Shown: positions 19,302 through 33,359, numbered from the stretch's first letter. The stretch is DNA of 64,000 nt from Polaribacter sp. (GCF_024639685.1 NZ_JAHEHX010000002.1:132825-196824); one strand, 5' to 3'. The notes: a model not told the origin generated them from the sequence alone. Program-made: numbers and translations.

Positions 19302-19577
19302 ATGACAAAACTATTTAGATTAATTAGCTTTCTAGAAGGGGTTTCTTACTTACTCTTACTGTTTGTTGTTGCGACACCAATTAAATACACACAAGGAGAC
19401 AGCTCTTATGTTAAGCTATTAGGCATGCCACATGGCATTTTATTTATGTTATATATTGTATTTGCTATCGTGATTAAAAAACAAATGAAATGGAATCTAA
19501 AAGATCTGGGAATCGTCTTAATTTGCGCAATAATTCCTTTTGGTACTTTTTTTGTTGATAAAAAATATTTACGTTAA
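19302..19577 (+). CDS. DUF3817 family small membrane protein
   Basis: FRLISFLEGVSYLLLL, GMPHGILF, AIIPFGTF; ATG 19302 fits promoter position. Confidence 0.8.
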   Translation: MTKLFRLISFLEGVSYLLLLFVVATPIKYTQGDSSYVKLLGMPHGILFMLYIVFAIVIKKQMKWNLKDLGIVLICAIIPFGTFFVDKKYLR

Positions 19578-19820
19578 TTACCCGCCACTTACCGGAGGAA
19601 TTATAGCGATAATATCTGTTGAATTTAACTCTAGTAAATCTTGTGCATATACTTCGTTAACAGCTATTGCATACGAATTTAATTTTTCTAAAACAGGGTA
19701 ACTTTTCTTTAAAGCTTTTTTAAAATCAGCTACTGTTGTGTTTTTTTGTAGGTTCATGATGGTTTCATTAGCCCCCACTAAATCTCTTGTTATTCCGAAA
19801 AAAAGTACTTTAAGTGTCAT
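19578..19820 (-). CDS. moaD: Molybdopterin synthase sulfur carrier (MoaD/ThiS)
   Basis: VLFFG start, AVNEVY, C-terminal IPPVSGG. Confidence 0.93.
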   Translation of the reverse strand: MTLKVLFFGITRDLVGANETIMNLQKNTTVADFKKALKKSYPVLEKLNSYAIAVNEVYAQDLLELNSTDIIAIIPPVSGG

Positions 19821-19834
19821 AGTTTACAAAAAAA

Positions 19835-22309
19835 TTAAAAGGTTAAATTAAAGCCTAATAATAAACCATCATTCTGAATACCATCATGAAATGATTTAAT
19901 ATAATCTATTCTTAAGAAGCGCCATTTCCCAAAACCTATATTCTCTAAACCGATAGCAACTTCAGAATACTGTTTTGTATCTGACATATACATTGTTTTG
20001 GCACTTGTAATTATATGATAATTCAAAATACTAAGTACTGGAAGTTTTGCTAAAAGAGCTCCTTTAAAATTGTGCTCTATGTGTGCTTCTACATATTTGT
20101 TATTTGAGAAGAAACGATAATACTCTAATAAACCAAAATTATTTTTACGATTACCATCAGTCACAATAAACATTTGATTCCCTTTTACTTGTAAGTTATC
20201 CATGAACGCAATATTTTTCTTTTCAAAAAAGACTCCTGCTCTTAAATAATAGAAAAAATCACCATAATTACCTGTATTTAGATTCTGAGTTAAGCTAGCT
20301 GTAATTAAATCTGAATTAAATTCGTCATTTTGTGCACCAAATGTTTTTCTGAAATTTAAATTAAGTAGTGGATATTTACGATTACCGACGTTAACCTTTC
20401 TATCTGGGTAAGACAAGTATTTCTGCCCAAAAGCAAAAGAAGCTCCAATATTTAAAGTTACTATTTTATGAGATGTAAAAACAGAACTGGTAAAGTTTTT
20501 TGGTTCTAGAGGATTATTAGAGGTGTAAGGATCGTTTTTACTCTGTCTTGCAAAAGAATAATTTGTAGTATTAAAAAGTGGTTTTCTATTTGCGTACTCT
20601 AAAGACGATGATAAATAAATTCCATTAGTAATCTCCTCAGAAAAGTCAATTCTTACAAATTCCTTTTCATAAATTTTCATGTAGTTTAATCTCCTTGTTA
20701 ACGTCCGTATTAAATTGTCCAACTTTTTAATTGGATTTCTCCCATTGAATTGCGCTGTTGTTACACCTCCAGAAATTGTTAACCTTGGCTTTGAAATGTT
20801 ATTCCATTTTTTAGAAAATGAAATAACAGGTCTTAATTTACGTTCTGAAAAACCATAATTAACATTCGCCGAAACACGCCACCATTTACCTGTTTTATTC
20901 AGTTCTTCAAAATAACTCAATCCAACAGAACCATTTAACCCTTGTACTGTGTTAAAACTTACACCCAAAAGAGGACCACTGTAAGAAAGAGCTCTATTCT
21001 TGTAAGAGTTATTATAAGTATATCCTAATAAAGGATTAAACCAGTTGAATAAATTATTTTTGGCATCTAGTGAGTCTAAGTACTTTTTTGATTTTCGAAC
21101 AACTTTTATACTATCTTTTACTTTGTAATCATTTACCTCCTCTTTTGTTAAGGCTACCGGCCTTAAAGTGTTCCAAAAAATAGTATCTTTTTTTGTAGCA
21201 TTTTTCTCGAAAGTTAATACCTCATTCTTAAACGTACTTTCAGTAAAATTTGGAGAAAAATTATAATCAGAATATACGTAAGAAAATTTTCCTCTTGGTT
21301 TAAATCCAAAAATAGAAATATCAAAAGTTATAGACTGACTAATTAACACCCATCCTTCTATAATAGGGGAATAAGCATAGCCTTGTTTTAGCCCTAAAGA
21401 GTTTACAAAAGGAAGATTTACTTGAAGCCCAGTGGTTGTTAAATCGCAACCATATATAGCCCAATCATCTTCTACAATATAAATATACCCTTTAAAAACT
21501 CGGTCGTTTTTCCTTTTAGGTATTACTTTTATTTTATTAATTAACCTGTTATTTGAATCGTAAAAACTACCTTCTAATTTGTAAGTGTAGTAACCAAATG
21601 CGTTTGAAGAAATTGGAGAAACCAAATCATTAAAAATTGCAATGCTGTTTTCGTAAAGATCAACATTAGAATCCTCTGCCCTATTAAAACTCACACCATT
21701 ATCTTCTCCAGAAACCTTGGAAGCTATTATTTTTTCTTTAAATCTTTTCGGTTTTTTTTGAAAAGAAATATCAGAAAATGTCTCTGACAAATAAATAATT
21801 CCACTTCTAGTCGTATCTAAACCTCCTCCAAAATCTCCAGTGCTTTGCCCAAGAAATTTTTCTGGTGCTTCTTTAATTCTTGTAAGTCCTCTAGAGTAAA
21901 ATTTTGCAGTATAATTAGCAAATTTATTTGTATTAATTTCTTTATTAGCAATTGCGTTACTAACAATTATATTTGCAGGATTCTGACTTGTAAAAATAGA
22001 AATTCCACTTAAGGAAACACTCTCTTCCTCTAAAGTTACATTTAAATAATAAGGTAATTCTGAAAAAGTAATTGACTTCTTTTTTGTTTTAAAACCTAGC
22101 ATTTGAAAAACAAGCGTGTAATTACCTGGCTCTTTAATAGTTAATTCGTAAACCCCATTATCATTAGAGGTTGTACCATTTACTGTCTTATCAAGATAAA
22201 TACTCACAAAAGAAAGAGGCTGATTTTTAATATCAGTTACAACCCCCTTAATTTGGGCGCTACAGTAAAAAGCTGCACTTAAAAAAAAGAAAAAGAGATT
22301 TTTTTTCAT
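19835..22309 (-). CDS. Outer-membrane protein with carboxypeptidase-regulatory-like N-domain plus DUF5686
   Basis: IKGVVTD..QPLSFVSI..GTTSNDNGVY, IYLSETFS, barrel-like C-terminus ending in F. Confidence 0.8.
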   Translation of the reverse strand: MKKNLFFFFLSAAFYCSAQIKGVVTDIKNQPLSFVSIYLDKTVNGTTSNDNGVYELTIKEPGNYTLVFQMLGFKTKKKSITFSELPYYLNVTLEEESVSLSGISIFTSQNPANIIVSNAIANKEINTNKFANYTAKFYSRGLTRIKEAPEKFLGQSTGDFGGGLDTTRSGIIYLSETFSDISFQKKPKRFKEKIIASKVSGEDNGVSFNRAEDSNVDLYENSIAIFNDLVSPISSNAFGYYTYKLEGSFYDSNNRLINKIKVIPKRKNDRVFKGYIYIVEDDWAIYGCDLTTTGLQVNLPFVNSLGLKQGYAYSPIIEGWVLISQSITFDISIFGFKPRGKFSYVYSDYNFSPNFTESTFKNEVLTFEKNATKKDTIFWNTLRPVALTKEEVNDYKVKDSIKVVRKSKKYLDSLDAKNNLFNWFNPLLGYTYNNSYKNRALSYSGPLLGVSFNTVQGLNGSVGLSYFEELNKTGKWWRVSANVNYGFSERKLRPVISFSKKWNNISKPRLTISGGVTTAQFNGRNPIKKLDNLIRTLTRRLNYMKIYEKEFVRIDFSEEITNGIYLSSSLEYANRKPLFNTTNYSFARQSKNDPYTSNNPLEPKNFTSSVFTSHKIVTLNIGASFAFGQKYLSYPDRKVNVGNRKYPLLNLNFRKTFGAQNDEFNSDLITASLTQNLNTGNYGDFFYYLRAGVFFEKKNIAFMDNLQVKGNQMFIVTDGNRKNNFGLLEYYRFFSNNKYVEAHIEHNFKGALLAKLPVLSILNYHIITSAKTMYMSDTKQYSEVAIGLENIGFGKWRFLRIDYIKSFHDGIQNDGLLLGFNLTF

Positions 22310-22550
22310 TCAAATATTTTATTATGTAGACGCAAACATACTGGTAATGTTACAAGAAAACCTTTAAAAATTGTTAAACCTGTTTATTCAATTTTAATTT
22401 AAGTTAGAACGACAAGTTTAGCAGATTGTTTTTTGGATCTTTAAACAATACTTTACAAAAAGGTTTCGTTGTAAAAAGAATAGAAAACATTTTACAAAGC
22501 TTACACTGAAAAGTATATATTTGTATGATTATATAAGGAAATAAGTATTT

Positions 22551-24824
22551 ATGAGCAATTCAAGAAAAAGACACGAAGCCTTACTATACCACGCAAAACC
22601 AAAACCTGGTAAAATTGCAGTTTTACCTACAAAAAAGTATGCTACTCAGCACGATTTAGCATTGGCCTACTCCCCAGGTGTTGCAGAGCCTTGTTTAGAA
22701 ATTGCAAAAGATAAAAACAATATTTATAAATATACATCTAAAGGAAATTTAGTTGCTGTAATTTCTAACGGAACTGCTGTTTTAGGATTAGGAGATATTG
22801 GTCCTGAAGCCTCTAAACCTGTAATGGAAGGAAAAGGGCTTCTTTTTAAAATATTTGCAGATATTGACGTTTTTGACATTGAGGTAGACGCTACAGATGT
22901 AGACAAATTTATTGAAACTGTAAAAGCGATAGCTCCAACATTTGGAGGCATTAATTTAGAAGATATTAAAGCTCCAGAAGCTTTTGAAATAGAAACTCGT
23001 TTAAAAGAAGAACTAGACATTCCTGTAATGCATGACGATCAGCATGGTACTGCAATTATTTCAGCAGCTGCATTAAAAAATGCTGTAGAAATCTCGGAAA
23101 AAGATATTTCTAAATTAAACATAATTGTGAACGGCGCAGGTGCTGCAGCCATATCTTGTACACGTTTGTATTTAGAATTAGGTGCAGTTAGAGAAAATAT
23201 CATCATGTGTGATAGTAAAGGGGTTATCAGAAAAGATAGAGATAATCTAACTTCTCAAAAAGCTGAATTTGCGACCTCGAAAGATGTTCATACTTTAGAA
23301 GAAGCAATGCAGAATGCTGATGTTTTTATAGGGCTCTCTACAGGGAAAATTGTTACACCAAACATGCTTTTATCTATGGCAAAAAACCCAATTGTTTTTG
23401 CTATGGCAAACCCTGTCCCAGAAATAGAGTATGACTTAGCTATAGCAACTAGAGATGATATTATAATGGCAACAGGTAGATCTGATCATCCTAACCAAGT
23501 AAACAATGTACTTGGTTTTCCATTTATTTTCAGAGGTGCTTTAGATGTAAGAGCAACAAAAATTAATGAAGCTATGAAGCTGGCCGCAGTTCATGCCCTT
23601 GCAGACCTAGCAAAAAAATCTGTTCCAGAACAAGTAAATATTGTTTATGATGAAGTAAGTTTAAATTTCGGAAAGGAATATATTATCCCAAAACCTTTTG
23701 ACCCTAGATTAATTTATGAAATTCCACCAGCAATTGCAAAAGCAGCAATGGAGTCTGGTGTAGCTTTAGAACCTATTACAGATTGGAATGCGTATAGAGA
23801 AGAATTAATGGAGCGTTCTGGTTCTGGAAGTAAAGAAATTAGACAAATTCACAATAGAGCTAAAAGAAATAAAAAACGAATTGTTTTTGCTGAAGCAGAT
23901 CATTTAGATGTCTTAAAAGCAGCACAAAGAATACAAGAAGAAAAATTAGGGCTACCTATTTTATTGGGTAGAAAGGAATTAATTCTTGAATTAAAAGAAG
24001 AAATTGGTTTTACAGAAGAAGTACCAATTTTTGATCCTAAAACAGATGAAGAGAACGATAGAAGAGAGCGTTTTGGATTGGCATATTGGCAAACAAGACA
24101 ACGCAAAGGAAGAACACTAACAGAAGCAAAAAAATTAATGCGAGAGCGTAATTATTTTGCTGCTATGATGGTTAATGTTGGAGAGGTCGATGCTTTAATA
24201 ACAGGTTATTCAAGACCCTACCCAACAGCTGTAAGACCAATATTAGAATCCATTCCAAGAGATAATGGTACTTCTAAAATAGCAGCATGTAATTTAATGC
24301 TTACCAAGCAAGGGCCAATATTTTTGGCAGATACCACTATAAATGTAAACCCTACCGCAAAAGATTTGGTAAAAATTTCTCAGATGACATCTAATTTGGT
24401 AAAGATGTTTGGAATGAAGCCTAATACAGCTATGCTTTCTTTTTCTAATTTTGGATCTACAAAAAGTGAGTCTTCTCAAAAAATTAGAGAAGCCGTTTCG
24501 TATATTCATCGTAATTTCCCAAACGCTATTGTAGATGGAGAAATTCAAGCAGATTTTGCTTTAAATCCAGAAATGCTAGCCAAAGAATTTCCGTTTTCAA
24601 AATTGAATGGAAAAAAAGTAAATGTTTTAATTTTCCCAAATCTAGAATCGGCAAATATTACCTATAAACTTTTAAAAGAAACACAGGGAGCTGAATCTAT
24701 TGGACCTGTAATTCTAGGGTTAAGTAAGGCAGCACATATTGTTCAGTTAGGGGCAAGCGTGGATGAAATGGTAAACATGGCAGCCTTAGCCTGTGTAGAT
24801 GCACAACAACGAGAAAAGAAATAA
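22551..24824 (+). CDS. maeB: NADP-dependent malic enzyme with PTA-like domain
   Basis: [45 protein letters not shown]; TATATTTG at 22516-22523. Confidence 0.96.
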   Translation: MSNSRKRHEALLYHAKPKPGKIAVLPTKKYATQHDLALAYSPGVAEPCLEIAKDKNNIYKYTSKGNLVAVISNGTAVLGLGDIGPEASKPVMEGKGLLFKIFADIDVFDIEVDATDVDKFIETVKAIAPTFGGINLEDIKAPEAFEIETRLKEELDIPVMHDDQHGTAIISAAALKNAVEISEKDISKLNIIVNGAGAAAISCTRLYLELGAVRENIIMCDSKGVIRKDRDNLTSQKAEFATSKDVHTLEEAMQNADVFIGLSTGKIVTPNMLLSMAKNPIVFAMANPVPEIEYDLAIATRDDIIMATGRSDHPNQVNNVLGFPFIFRGALDVRATKINEAMKLAAVHALADLAKKSVPEQVNIVYDEVSLNFGKEYIIPKPFDPRLIYEIPPAIAKAAMESGVALEPITDWNAYREELMERSGSGSKEIRQIHNRAKRNKKRIVFAEADHLDVLKAAQRIQEEKLGLPILLGRKELILELKEEIGFTEEVPIFDPKTDEENDRRERFGLAYWQTRQRKGRTLTEAKKLMRERNYFAAMMVNVGEVDALITGYSRPYPTAVRPILESIPRDNGTSKIAACNLMLTKQGPIFLADTTINVNPTAKDLVKISQMTSNLVKMFGMKPNTAMLSFSNFGSTKSESSQKIREAVSYIHRNFPNAIVDGEIQADFALNPEMLAKEFPFSKLNGKKVNVLIFPNLESANITYKLLKETQGAESIGPVILGLSKAAHIVQLGASVDEMVNMAALACVDAQQREKK

Positions 24825-24835
24825 AGAACAAAACT

Positions 24836-25417
24836 ATGATTACACAAATTAGAGGAAGATTAGTTGAAAAAAGTCCAACAGAGGTTGTCGTAGATTGTAG
24901 TGGAGTTGGCTACTTGCTTCATATTTCATTAAATACTTTTTCTAGTTTGCCTGAAGATGAAAACGTAATTCTATACACACATCTATCTATTAGGGAAGAT
25001 GCTCATACTTTGTTTGGATTTATTAATAAAACTGAGAGAGAAGTCTTTAAACTTTTAATTTCAGTTTCAGGAGTTGGTCCAAGTATTGCAAGAACCATGT
25101 GCTCTTCTATGACTTCAGAAGAAATACAACAAGCCATAGCTTCAGAAAATGTAGCTATAATTCAATCTGTAAAAGGAATTGGAGCAAAAACAGCACAACG
25201 TGTTATTGTAGACTTAAAAGATAAGATCTTAAATACCTTTGCTACGGACGAAATTTTTGTTATTACGAGCAATACAAATAAAGATGAAGCGTTATCTGCA
25301 TTAGAAGTATTAGGTTTTAATAGAAAACAATCTGACAAAGTAGTTTCCTCTGTTTTAAAAGAAAACCCAGAAGCTTCTGTAGAAAATATTATAAAACTTG
25401 CATTAAAAAACTTATAA
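24836..25417 (+). CDS. ruvA: Holliday junction branch migration protein
   Basis: GVGYLLHIS, LISVSGVGP, KGIGAKTAQR. Confidence 0.96.
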   Translation: MITQIRGRLVEKSPTEVVVDCSGVGYLLHISLNTFSSLPEDENVILYTHLSIREDAHTLFGFINKTEREVFKLLISVSGVGPSIARTMCSSMTSEEIQQAIASENVAIIQSVKGIGAKTAQRVIVDLKDKILNTFATDEIFVITSNTNKDEALSALEVLGFNRKQSDKVVSSVLKENPEASVENIIKLALKNL

Positions 25418-25421
25418 TCAG

Positions 25422-28400
25422 TTGCATAAGTTATTAAATAACACAGCTTTTTACACCTTATTTACCTTTGTAATTTGTTTTTCTTTGCAAGGACAAAACA
25501 ATCGTAAAAAAGATACTCTAGAAATAAAAAATGATACTTTACAACTTAAGTATGATTTTAAATACACCCAAAAAGGTGGATTTTTCTTAGATGATTTAGC
25601 AAAAAAAGAAGTGGTTTTTGACAAGGAACTCAATAAATACGTGATACTCGAAAAAATTGGGGACTATTATACAAAAACACCTATTTATTTAACGCAAAAA
25701 GAATACCAGGCATATCGATTAAAAAGAGATATGCTTCAATATTTTAAAGAAAAGGTAAGTGCCACAAATAGTAAGAAAAAAGGAGCAGCAGAGGCACAAA
25801 AAGACTTATTACCAAGTTATTATGTAAATTCAAAATTTTTTGAAACTATTTTTGGGGGGAATAAAATTGAATTTACTCCCACAGGAAATTTAAATTTAAA
25901 GCTTGGTTTTATTTATCAAAATACAGAAAACCCTCAAATTTCAGAGGAAAATAGAAGTAGTTTTACTTTCGATTTTGACCAACAAATTAATGCAAGCATA
26001 AGAGCAAAAGTTGGAGAGCGATTAGAGTTTACTGTAAACTATGACACACAGGCAAGTTTCGATTTTCAAAACCTAGTAAAAGTAGATTACAAACCAACAG
26101 AGGACGACATATTGCAAGGAATAGAGGCAGGTAATGTTTCTATGCCAATAAAAAACTCATTAATTAACGGTGCACAAAGTCTATTTGGTGTAAAAGCAAA
26201 ATTACAATTTGGTAAAACAACGGTTACTGGTGTGTTTTCTCAACAAAATTCAGAAAGTAAAACAGTAGTTGCTGAGGCTGGAGCTTCCATACAAGAGTTT
26301 GAGTTAAGAACTACAGATTATGATAATGATCGTCATTTTTTCTTATCTCAGTTTTTTATAGACAATTATGCAAATTCGTTAAAACAATACCCACTAGTTA
26401 GCAGTCAAGTAAACATTACTAGAATTGAAGTTTGGATTACAAACAGAAACGCAACTACAGAAGACTTTAGAAGTATTGTGGCACTGGCAGATTTGGGTGA
26501 ATTGAATAGGCCAGGTAGTGATTATCAAAACTTAGTAGACGATAAAAACACAGTCCAGCCAGTAAATCCGGTCGGAATTACTACTAATGGAGACACATTT
26601 TATTTACCACAAAACAATGCAAACTCTATTTATAGTCCTACTATTTTAAGTGGTATAAGAGATGTCTCTAATGTGGATAACACCTTGCAAACTCAATTTC
26701 AAATGGAGCAAGGTACAGATTACTCTATTTTAGAAAACGCACGGAAATTAACTACAAATGAATATAATTTAAACTCTAAGCTAGGGTACATTTCCTTAAA
26801 CAGACGTTTAAACGATGGAGAAGTTTTAGCTGTAGCTTATGAATATACAGTGGCTGGCTCTGTAGCAGGTAGTACAGAAAAATCATTTAAAGTAGGAGAA
26901 TTCTCTAATGATGGTATCCAGGCCCCTCAAAACTTAGCGGTTAAATTATTGCGTTCTGAAGTTTTACAAACAGTAAGACAAAATCTCCAAACAAATGAAG
27001 CAGAGGCTTTCCCTACGTGGAGGTTAATGATGAAAAATATTTATGCCCTAGGTGCTTATCCATTAAGTAGGGACGGATTTAGGTTTGAAATACAATATAG
27101 AGACGATCAAACAGGTATTGCCTCTAATATTTTACAAAATGCCAATACTCCCAATATTCCAAATACTCCCTTAATACAAGTTTTAAATTTAGATCAATTA
27201 GATCAAAGTCAATTTAGAACTGCAGACGGTTTTTTCGATTACGTAGAGGGTATTACAGTAAATTCACCTAACGGCTATATTATTTTTCCGGAGCCAGAAC
27301 CTTTTGGAAACGATTTAATCTTGGACCCATCTGATCCAAATGATATTGGTTTAGACGAAAACTTGGACAAACAATTTCTATTTAAAGAATTGTATTTAAA
27401 TACAAAAATTAATATTCAAAATAACTTTCAAGCAAAGGATAAGTACTTTTTAAAAGGGTATTTTAAATCAGAAAGTGCAGGTGGTATTCCCATTGGTGCT
27501 TTTAATGTGCCCCAAGGCTCTGTAATCGTTACAGCAGGCGGAAGGCAATTGGTAGAAGGGGTAGATTTTGTAGTAGATTACTTACAAGGGCGTGTGCAAA
27601 TTATAGATCCAGGTTTACAAGCTAGTGGAACACCTATAAGTGTTTCTACAGAAAATAATGCTGTTTTTAACCAACAAAGAAAAACCTTCATGGGAATTGA
27701 TGTTGAACATCAATTTTCTGAAAATTTTGTATTAGGAGCCACTGTATTAAATATTATGGAAAGGCCTTTAACTCCTAAAATAAATTTTGGCTCTGAACCA
27801 ATTAATAATACCATGCTTGGTTTAAATATAGATTTTTCTTCAGAGGTACCATACTTCACAAAATTGGCCAACAAATTACCCTTTGTAGATACAGACGTTA
27901 CCTCTAATATTTCTGTAAGAGCAGACATGGCTTACTTATTACCGGGAACACCAAGTGGTATTGATGTTACAGGTGCAGCTACGTCTTACATAGACGATTT
28001 TGAAGCTTCTCAAGTACCCATAAGTTTATTATCTGCTTTAGATTGGTATGAAGCTAGTACTCCAAAAAACCAATCTAATGACCAATTTAATGGCGCTAGT
28101 AGTGATTTATCATACAATTATAAAAGAGGAAAATTAGCTTGGTATAGTATTGATCAAATATTTTATGGTTTTGGAGAAACACCTCCAAGTATAAATGCAG
28201 ATGATTTGTCTAGAGCAGAAACAAGGCAAATTAATTTTAATGAACTATTTCCAAATCAACAGTTTGATATTACACAGAATACACAAATAAGAACTCTAGA
28301 TTTAGCTTATTTCCCAGAAGAAAGAGGTTCTTATAACTATAATCCTAATGCGATAATACAAGGGGACAAAGCTATTTTACCAAACCCGGAAAGTAATTGG

Positions 28401-31400
28401 GGTGGAATAATGCGTCCTTTAAATACAAATAATTTCGATCAGGCTAATGTTGAGTATATTCAATTTTGGATAATGGATCCGTATCAAAATTATTCTTTAA
28501 CAGAAGAGGAAGGTTTGCCTACAGGTATTAATCCAAACGACCTTTCCAATCAAGTTGGTGATTTATTCATAAATCTTGGTAATATTTCAGAAGACATTAC
28601 CAAAGACAACCGTAAAATGTTTGAGAATGGTTTACCAGAAGATGGCGCTAAAATTGATGGGGTAAATGTAAATAGTACTATCTGGGGAGATGTTCCTAGA
28701 AACCCCTCAATAATTTATGCTTTTAGTGAAGAAGATATTGCAAGAACCAACCAAGATTTAGGCTTTGACGGATTGAATAATGACGAAGAAAAAAGCTTGC
28801 CAAATATTGCCTCTAAATTCTCCAATTTATCAGATCCAGCAGCAGACGACTTTCAATTTTTTAGAGGAAGTTCATTAGATGGTATAAATGCATCAATCAT
28901 AAAAAGGTATAAAGATTTTAATAACACTCAAGGTAACTCACCTACCTTAAATCAATCTCCAGAAACATACCCTACCTCTTCTACAACTTATCCTGATGTA
29001 GAAGATATCAACAGAGATCAGACCATGAATACTGTAGAGAGCTTTTTCGAATATCAGATTTCTATGAATAGGAACGATTTACAAAAAGGAAGAAACTTTA
29101 TTGTAGACGAAAAAACAACTTCGGTTACTCTCGAAAATGGCGATTCACAAGAAACCAAGTGGTACCAATTTAGAGTTCCTATTAGAAACGGTAAACCTGT
29201 AAATGGCATTACAGATTTTAATAGCATTCGTTTTATTAGAATGTATGTTACTAATTTTAAAATGCCTGTTGTACTTCGTTTTGGAGAGTTAGATTTGGTT
29301 AGAGGAGATTACAGACGTTATGTAAGAACCATAGATCCAGCTATAAATCCAGATAGAGCTTTAACACAAGACGAATTGAAAAATTTTGAAGTAGGTGTCG
29401 TAAGTATAGAGCAAAATAACGGAAGTTATATTCAACCTCCAGGAATAGAAAGGGAAAGACTACAAGGAAGTACTACCGTTCAACTCCAAAATGAACAGTC
29501 TGTAACTTTAAAAGTAACGAATTTAGAACCCGGAAAAACAAGAGCTATCTATAAAAATATAAGTGTAGATTTAAGACGATTCAAAAACCTTAAAATGTTT
29601 ATGCATTTAGAAGGTGATGAGGGTTTTTCTGGAGTTATTAGGCTAGGAACAGACTTAAATGACAACTATTATGAAGTAGCATTACCATTAACTATAAGCT
29701 CTGGGGGTACAAGTCAGTTAGATATTTGGCCTGAAGCCAATAATTTAAATGCGCTTTTAGAAACATTTGGAAAAGTAAAATTAGAAAGAGATGCTATTGG
29801 TGCTCCCATAAACGAGCTGTATACATCTAACACACAAACTACAGATGTGCCTTACACGATAAGCGTAAAGGGGAACCCAACTTCTGCACAAATTAGAACT
29901 ATTCTGTTAGGTTTAAAAAACACAACTAATGTTAATAGAACAGGTGAAATATGGTTCAATGAATTAAGAGCTGCAGGTTTTGATAATGATGCTGGCTGGG
30001 CAGCAGTTTTAAATGCAGATGCAAATTTTGCAGATGTTGCCAATGTTTCTGTCTCTGGAAGTATACAAACAATAGGGTTTGGAAATGTAGAGGATAGAGT
30101 AAACCAAAGAAGTTTAGATGAAACCAAAGAGTACGATGTTTCTACAACCTTAAATTTAGGAAAAGTAATAACACCAGAAAAATGGGGAGTTCAACTACCA
30201 ATGACTTACAGTGTAGGAGAAAAATTTATTGATCCTAAGTTTGATCCTCAATACCAGGATGTATTATTAGAAGATGCTATTTCACAAAATCCAAATAGTG
30301 AATTTTCTAGAGATTATACTAAGAGAACAAGTATTAGTTTTATAAATGTAAGAAAAAATAGAAATCCAAATTCTACAAAAAAACCAAGGTTTTATGATAT
30401 TGAAAATATTGCAGTTTCTTATGCACATAACAAAGAATTTCATAGAGATTATAATATAGAGAAATATATTAACGAAAATGTTACTGCCTCTGCAACCTAT
30501 AATTATAAGATCAATTCATCTCCCATAGAGCTTTTTAAAAACTCTGAAAAATTTAAGAATAAATACTGGCGTTTTATAAAAGACTTAAATATAAATCCAG
30601 TCCCAAGTATTATAGCCCTTAATTCTAGGATTAACAGAAGTTATAATGAGCAACAATCACGTAACTTAGTACAAGGATTGTCTGCACAGCCAGAATTGGT
30701 TCAAAGAAGGTTTTTATTTGATTGGGATTATACCATTGGGTTTAACTTAACAAAATCAATAGATCTTAACTTTAATGCAACCAACAATTACATATATGAT
30801 GCGTTTGGAAGTGGGGAAGAATTACAAATTTTTGACAACTTCTTTAATACAGGTAATGCAAACCAATACCATCAAAAATTAAATGGAACATACCAACTAC
30901 CTTTTGATAAATTTCCTTTTTTAAGTTTTGTAAAAGCAGATTATGGATACACTGCAGATTTTGACTGGCAAGTACAATCTCAAGACGAAACTATTTCAAC
31001 ACAAATAGGAAATGTAATTCAAAATGCAAATACACATAATCTAAATACCACTTTTTCTTTTGATAAAATGTATAAAAATGTTGGGTTCGAGAAACTATTA
31101 TTAACTAAACAACAAAGAAAATTAGCAAAAGAAAATAAAAATGCTAGAATAAGACCAAAGAAGAATTTGCCAATAGGAAAGAAAATACTTAAACTTTCTT
31201 GGGACTTACTAACCGCTGTAAAACAAGCCACTATTAGTTACTCTGAAAATAATGGACAATATTTACAAGGTTATGACCAAGAGATTGGCTTTTTAGGAGG
31301 TGCACCCACATCTTTTGCTTTTGGGAGTCAAGTAGATATTAGAAACAAAGCCCTAACTAACGGTTGGTTAGTAACACCAAGGGCTTTAGTAGACGATCCA

Positions 31401-32549
31401 AATACGAATATAGATGAGAGTGCTTTTTATAATAAAACATACTCTAGAACACATTATAACAAATTAGATTATAATTTTACGTTAAAACCTATAAGAGATC
31501 TAAATATAGACGTTAGAGGTAATAAAATTAAAACATCAGACCTCTCTCAACAGTTAGATATCGTCGCAGATGGATCTGAAAATGGTTTTATAGATTTTGA
31601 TATTGACGCTTTTGAAACAGGGAACTTTAGCACAAGTTACTCTATGTTTGGTACTGCATTTACTAATGGTGATGCATTATTTGAGAAAATGAAAGAATAC
31701 AGAAGTACAATAAAAAATCGATTTGTTAGTGAGATTCCAAATGCAAACCCTGATGGTTTTGGAGAAAACAGTCAACAAGTTTTACTACCCGCATTTTTAG
31801 CAGCCTACTCTGGTAAGAATCCAAATACCATAGCAACAGGTTTATTTAGAAATATACCAATTCCTAATTGGACATTACGTTACAATGGTTTAATGAAATT
31901 AAAATGGTTTAAGAAAAACTTCTCTACGTTTATAATTTCACATGGGTACAGATCTTCGTATACACTATCTAGTTTTACCAACAATTTAAAATATAAAGAT
32001 GCAACAAAATTTACCAATGTAAATGCTGCAGGTAATTTTGAAGCCGAAAGATTAGTAGGTGCTGCTACACTAGTGGATGAGTTTTCTCCTTTAGTAAAAT
32101 TAGACATGAAAATGAAAAATTCTTTTTCTATCAGAGGAGAAGTAAAGAGAGACAGAACATTAACTATGAACTTCAACAACAGCACACTAACAGATATTGC
32201 TGGGACAGAATATATATTTGGTGTAGGGTATGTTTTTAAAGAAGTAAAGATGAACACCCGTTTTACAGGTAAGAAAACAACTTTAAAAGGAGACATAAAC
32301 CTAAGAGCAGATATATCTTTAAGAGATAACTTAACACAAATTAGGTATATTGATGAAGATAATAATCAAATTAGTGGTGGGCAACGATTATTTTCTATTA
32401 AATTTGTAGCAGATTATAGATTAAGTAGTAGTTTAACAGCATCTTTTTATTACAATCATCAAACATCTAAATATGCAATATCTACAACTTTTCCAAGACA
32501 AGCCATTAACGGCGGAATCAATATTATCTATAATTTAGGCGGTAATTAA
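25422..32549 (+). CDS. sprA: T9SS outer-membrane translocon SprA (Sov), 2375 aa
   Basis: Size, [38 protein letters not shown] and canonical ruvA-sprA-gcvH order; TTG start. Confidence 0.95.
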   Translation: MHKLLNNTAFYTLFTFVICFSLQGQNNRKKDTLEIKNDTLQLKYDFKYTQKGGFFLDDLAKKEVVFDKELNKYVILEKIGDYYTKTPIYLTQKEYQAYRLKRDMLQYFKEKVSATNSKKKGAAEAQKDLLPSYYVNSKFFETIFGGNKIEFTPTGNLNLKLGFIYQNTENPQISEENRSSFTFDFDQQINASIRAKVGERLEFTVNYDTQASFDFQNLVKVDYKPTEDDILQGIEAGNVSMPIKNSLINGAQSLFGVKAKLQFGKTTVTGVFSQQNSESKTVVAEAGASIQEFELRTTDYDNDRHFFLSQFFIDNYANSLKQYPLVSSQVNITRIEVWITNRNATTEDFRSIVALADLGELNRPGSDYQNLVDDKNTVQPVNPVGITTNGDTFYLPQNNANSIYSPTILSGIRDVSNVDNTLQTQFQMEQGTDYSILENARKLTTNEYNLNSKLGYISLNRRLNDGEVLAVAYEYTVAGSVAGSTEKSFKVGEFSNDGIQAPQNLAVKLLRSEVLQTVRQNLQTNEAEAFPTWRLMMKNIYALGAYPLSRDGFRFEIQYRDDQTGIASNILQNANTPNIPNTPLIQVLNLDQLDQSQFRTADGFFDYVEGITVNSPNGYIIFPEPEPFGNDLILDPSDPNDIGLDENLDKQFLFKELYLNTKINIQNNFQAKDKYFLKGYFKSESAGGIPIGAFNVPQGSVIVTAGGRQLVEGVDFVVDYLQGRVQIIDPGLQASGTPISVSTENNAVFNQQRKTFMGIDVEHQFSENFVLGATVLNIMERPLTPKINFGSEPINNTMLGLNIDFSSEVPYFTKLANKLPFVDTDVTSNISVRADMAYLLPGTPSGIDVTGAATSYIDDFEASQVPISLLSALDWYEASTPKNQSNDQFNGASSDLSYNYKRGKLAWYSIDQIFYGFGETPPSINADDLSRAETRQINFNELFPNQQFDITQNTQIRTLDLAYFPEERGSYNYNPNAIIQGDKAILPNPESNWGGIMRPLNTNNFDQANVEYIQFWIMDPYQNYSLTEEEGLPTGINPNDLSNQVGDLFINLGNISEDITKDNRKMFENGLPEDGAKIDGVNVNSTIWGDVPRNPSIIYAFSEEDIARTNQDLGFDGLNNDEEKSLPNIASKFSNLSDPAADDFQFFRGSSLDGINASIIKRYKDFNNTQGNSPTLNQSPETYPTSSTTYPDVEDINRDQTMNTVESFFEYQISMNRNDLQKGRNFIVDEKTTSVTLENGDSQETKWYQFRVPIRNGKPVNGITDFNSIRFIRMYVTNFKMPVVLRFGELDLVRGDYRRYVRTIDPAINPDRALTQDELKNFEVGVVSIEQNNGSYIQPPGIERERLQGSTTVQLQNEQSVTLKVTNLEPGKTRAIYKNISVDLRRFKNLKMFMHLEGDEGFSGVIRLGTDLNDNYYEVALPLTISSGGTSQLDIWPEANNLNALLETFGKVKLERDAIGAPINELYTSNTQTTDVPYTISVKGNPTSAQIRTILLGLKNTTNVNRTGEIWFNELRAAGFDNDAGWAAVLNADANFADVANVSVSGSIQTIGFGNVEDRVNQRSLDETKEYDVSTTLNLGKVITPEKWGVQLPMTYSVGEKFIDPKFDPQYQDVLLEDAISQNPNSEFSRDYTKRTSISFINVRKNRNPNSTKKPRFYDIENIAVSYAHNKEFHRDYNIEKYINENVTASATYNYKINSSPIELFKNSEKFKNKYWRFIKDLNINPVPSIIALNSRINRSYNEQQSRNLVQGLSAQPELVQRRFLFDWDYTIGFNLTKSIDLNFNATNNYIYDAFGSGEELQIFDNFFNTGNANQYHQKLNGTYQLPFDKFPFLSFVKADYGYTADFDWQVQSQDETISTQIGNVIQNANTHNLNTTFSFDKMYKNVGFEKLLLTKQQRKLAKENKNARIRPKKNLPIGKKILKLSWDLLTAVKQATISYSENNGQYLQGYDQEIGFLGGAPTSFAFGSQVDIRNKALTNGWLVTPRALVDDPNTNIDESAFYNKTYSRTHYNKLDYNFTLKPIRDLNIDVRGNKIKTSDLSQQLDIVADGSENGFIDFDIDAFETGNFSTSYSMFGTAFTNGDALFEKMKEYRSTIKNRFVSEIPNANPDGFGENSQQVLLPAFLAAYSGKNPNTIATGLFRNIPIPNWTLRYNGLMKLKWFKKNFSTFIISHGYRSSYTLSSFTNNLKYKDATKFTNVNAAGNFEAERLVGAATLVDEFSPLVKLDMKMKNSFSIRGEVKRDRTLTMNFNNSTLTDIAGTEYIFGVGYVFKEVKMNTRFTGKKTTLKGDINLRADISLRDNLTQIRYIDEDNNQISGGQRLFSIKFVADYRLSSSLTASFYYNHQTSKYAISTTFPRQAINGGINIIYNLGGN

Positions 32550-32571
32550 ACAACTTATAAAAGTAAATCAA

Positions 32572-32952
32572 ATGAACATTCCAGCGAATTTAAAGTACAC
32601 AAAAGATCACGAATGGGTTAAGATTGATGGCAATATTGCTACTGTAGGAATTACAGATTTTGCACAAGGGGAGTTAGGAGATATTGTGTATGTAGATGTA
32701 GATACATTAGACGATACTATAGAAGAAGGGGAAGTTTTTGGCTCGGTAGAAGCTGTAAAAACAGTATCTGACTTATTCATGCCTTTAACAGGAGAAGTTA
32801 TTGAATTGAATGATGCTTTAGAAGATGATCCTGAATTGGTGAATTCAGATCCTTATGAAAAAGGATGGATGATTAAATTAGAAATTTCTGACAAATCTCA
32901 ATTAAAAGACTTATTAGATGCTGAAGCGTATAAAAGTCTTATTACTGGGTAA
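32572..32952 (+). CDS. gcvH: Glycine cleavage system H protein
   Basis: [26 protein letters not shown] lipoyl-Lys. Confidence 0.97.
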   Translation: MNIPANLKYTKDHEWVKIDGNIATVGITDFAQGELGDIVYVDVDTLDDTIEEGEVFGSVEAVKTVSDLFMPLTGEVIELNDALEDDPELVNSDPYEKGWMIKLEISDKSQLKDLLDAEAYKSLITG

Positions 32953-33292
32953 ATTTATTTATATAGCTATAGCCATAACATTTGCAATCGTTTGTTTAAG
33001 TTTATTTAAACTACCTAGTAATGCTAAAAGTATAAATAATATTGATAAAGTTTACCACTCAATTGCATACTTTTCATTAGCAATAACTTGGCTGATAAGT
33101 TTTCATAAAAAAAAGAATACTAAAATGCTTATTGTATTTGCTTGTATTTTTTTTGGCATAATAATTGAAGTTATACAAAGTAAATTTACGAATTATAGAA
33201 TAGGTGATTCGTTTGATATTATAGCAAACTCCGTAGGAGTTTTATTCGCACTACTCTTCTTTAATCTGGTTTTTAAAAAAAAAGCATATTAA
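32918..33292 (+). CDS. VanZ-like family membrane protein
   Basis: [26 protein letters not shown]; overlaps gcvH by 35 nt. Confidence 0.8.
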   Translation: MLKRIKVLLLGKFIYIAIAITFAIVCLSLFKLPSNAKSINNIDKVYHSIAYFSLAITWLISFHKKKNTKMLIVFACIFFGIIIEVIQSKFTNYRIGDSFDIIANSVGVLFALLFFNLVFKKKAY

Positions 33293-33359
33293 TTAAACTG
33301 AGAGTTGTTTATAAGACAAATTTTTATTTAAATTAGCAATCTATTAAAAATGCTTTTCA

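Noticed and set aside
22724-32296. Minus-strand ORFs inside maeB and sprA (e.g. 22724-23020, 29852-30127, 31880-32296)
   Set aside because: Antisense shadows of well-supported genes.
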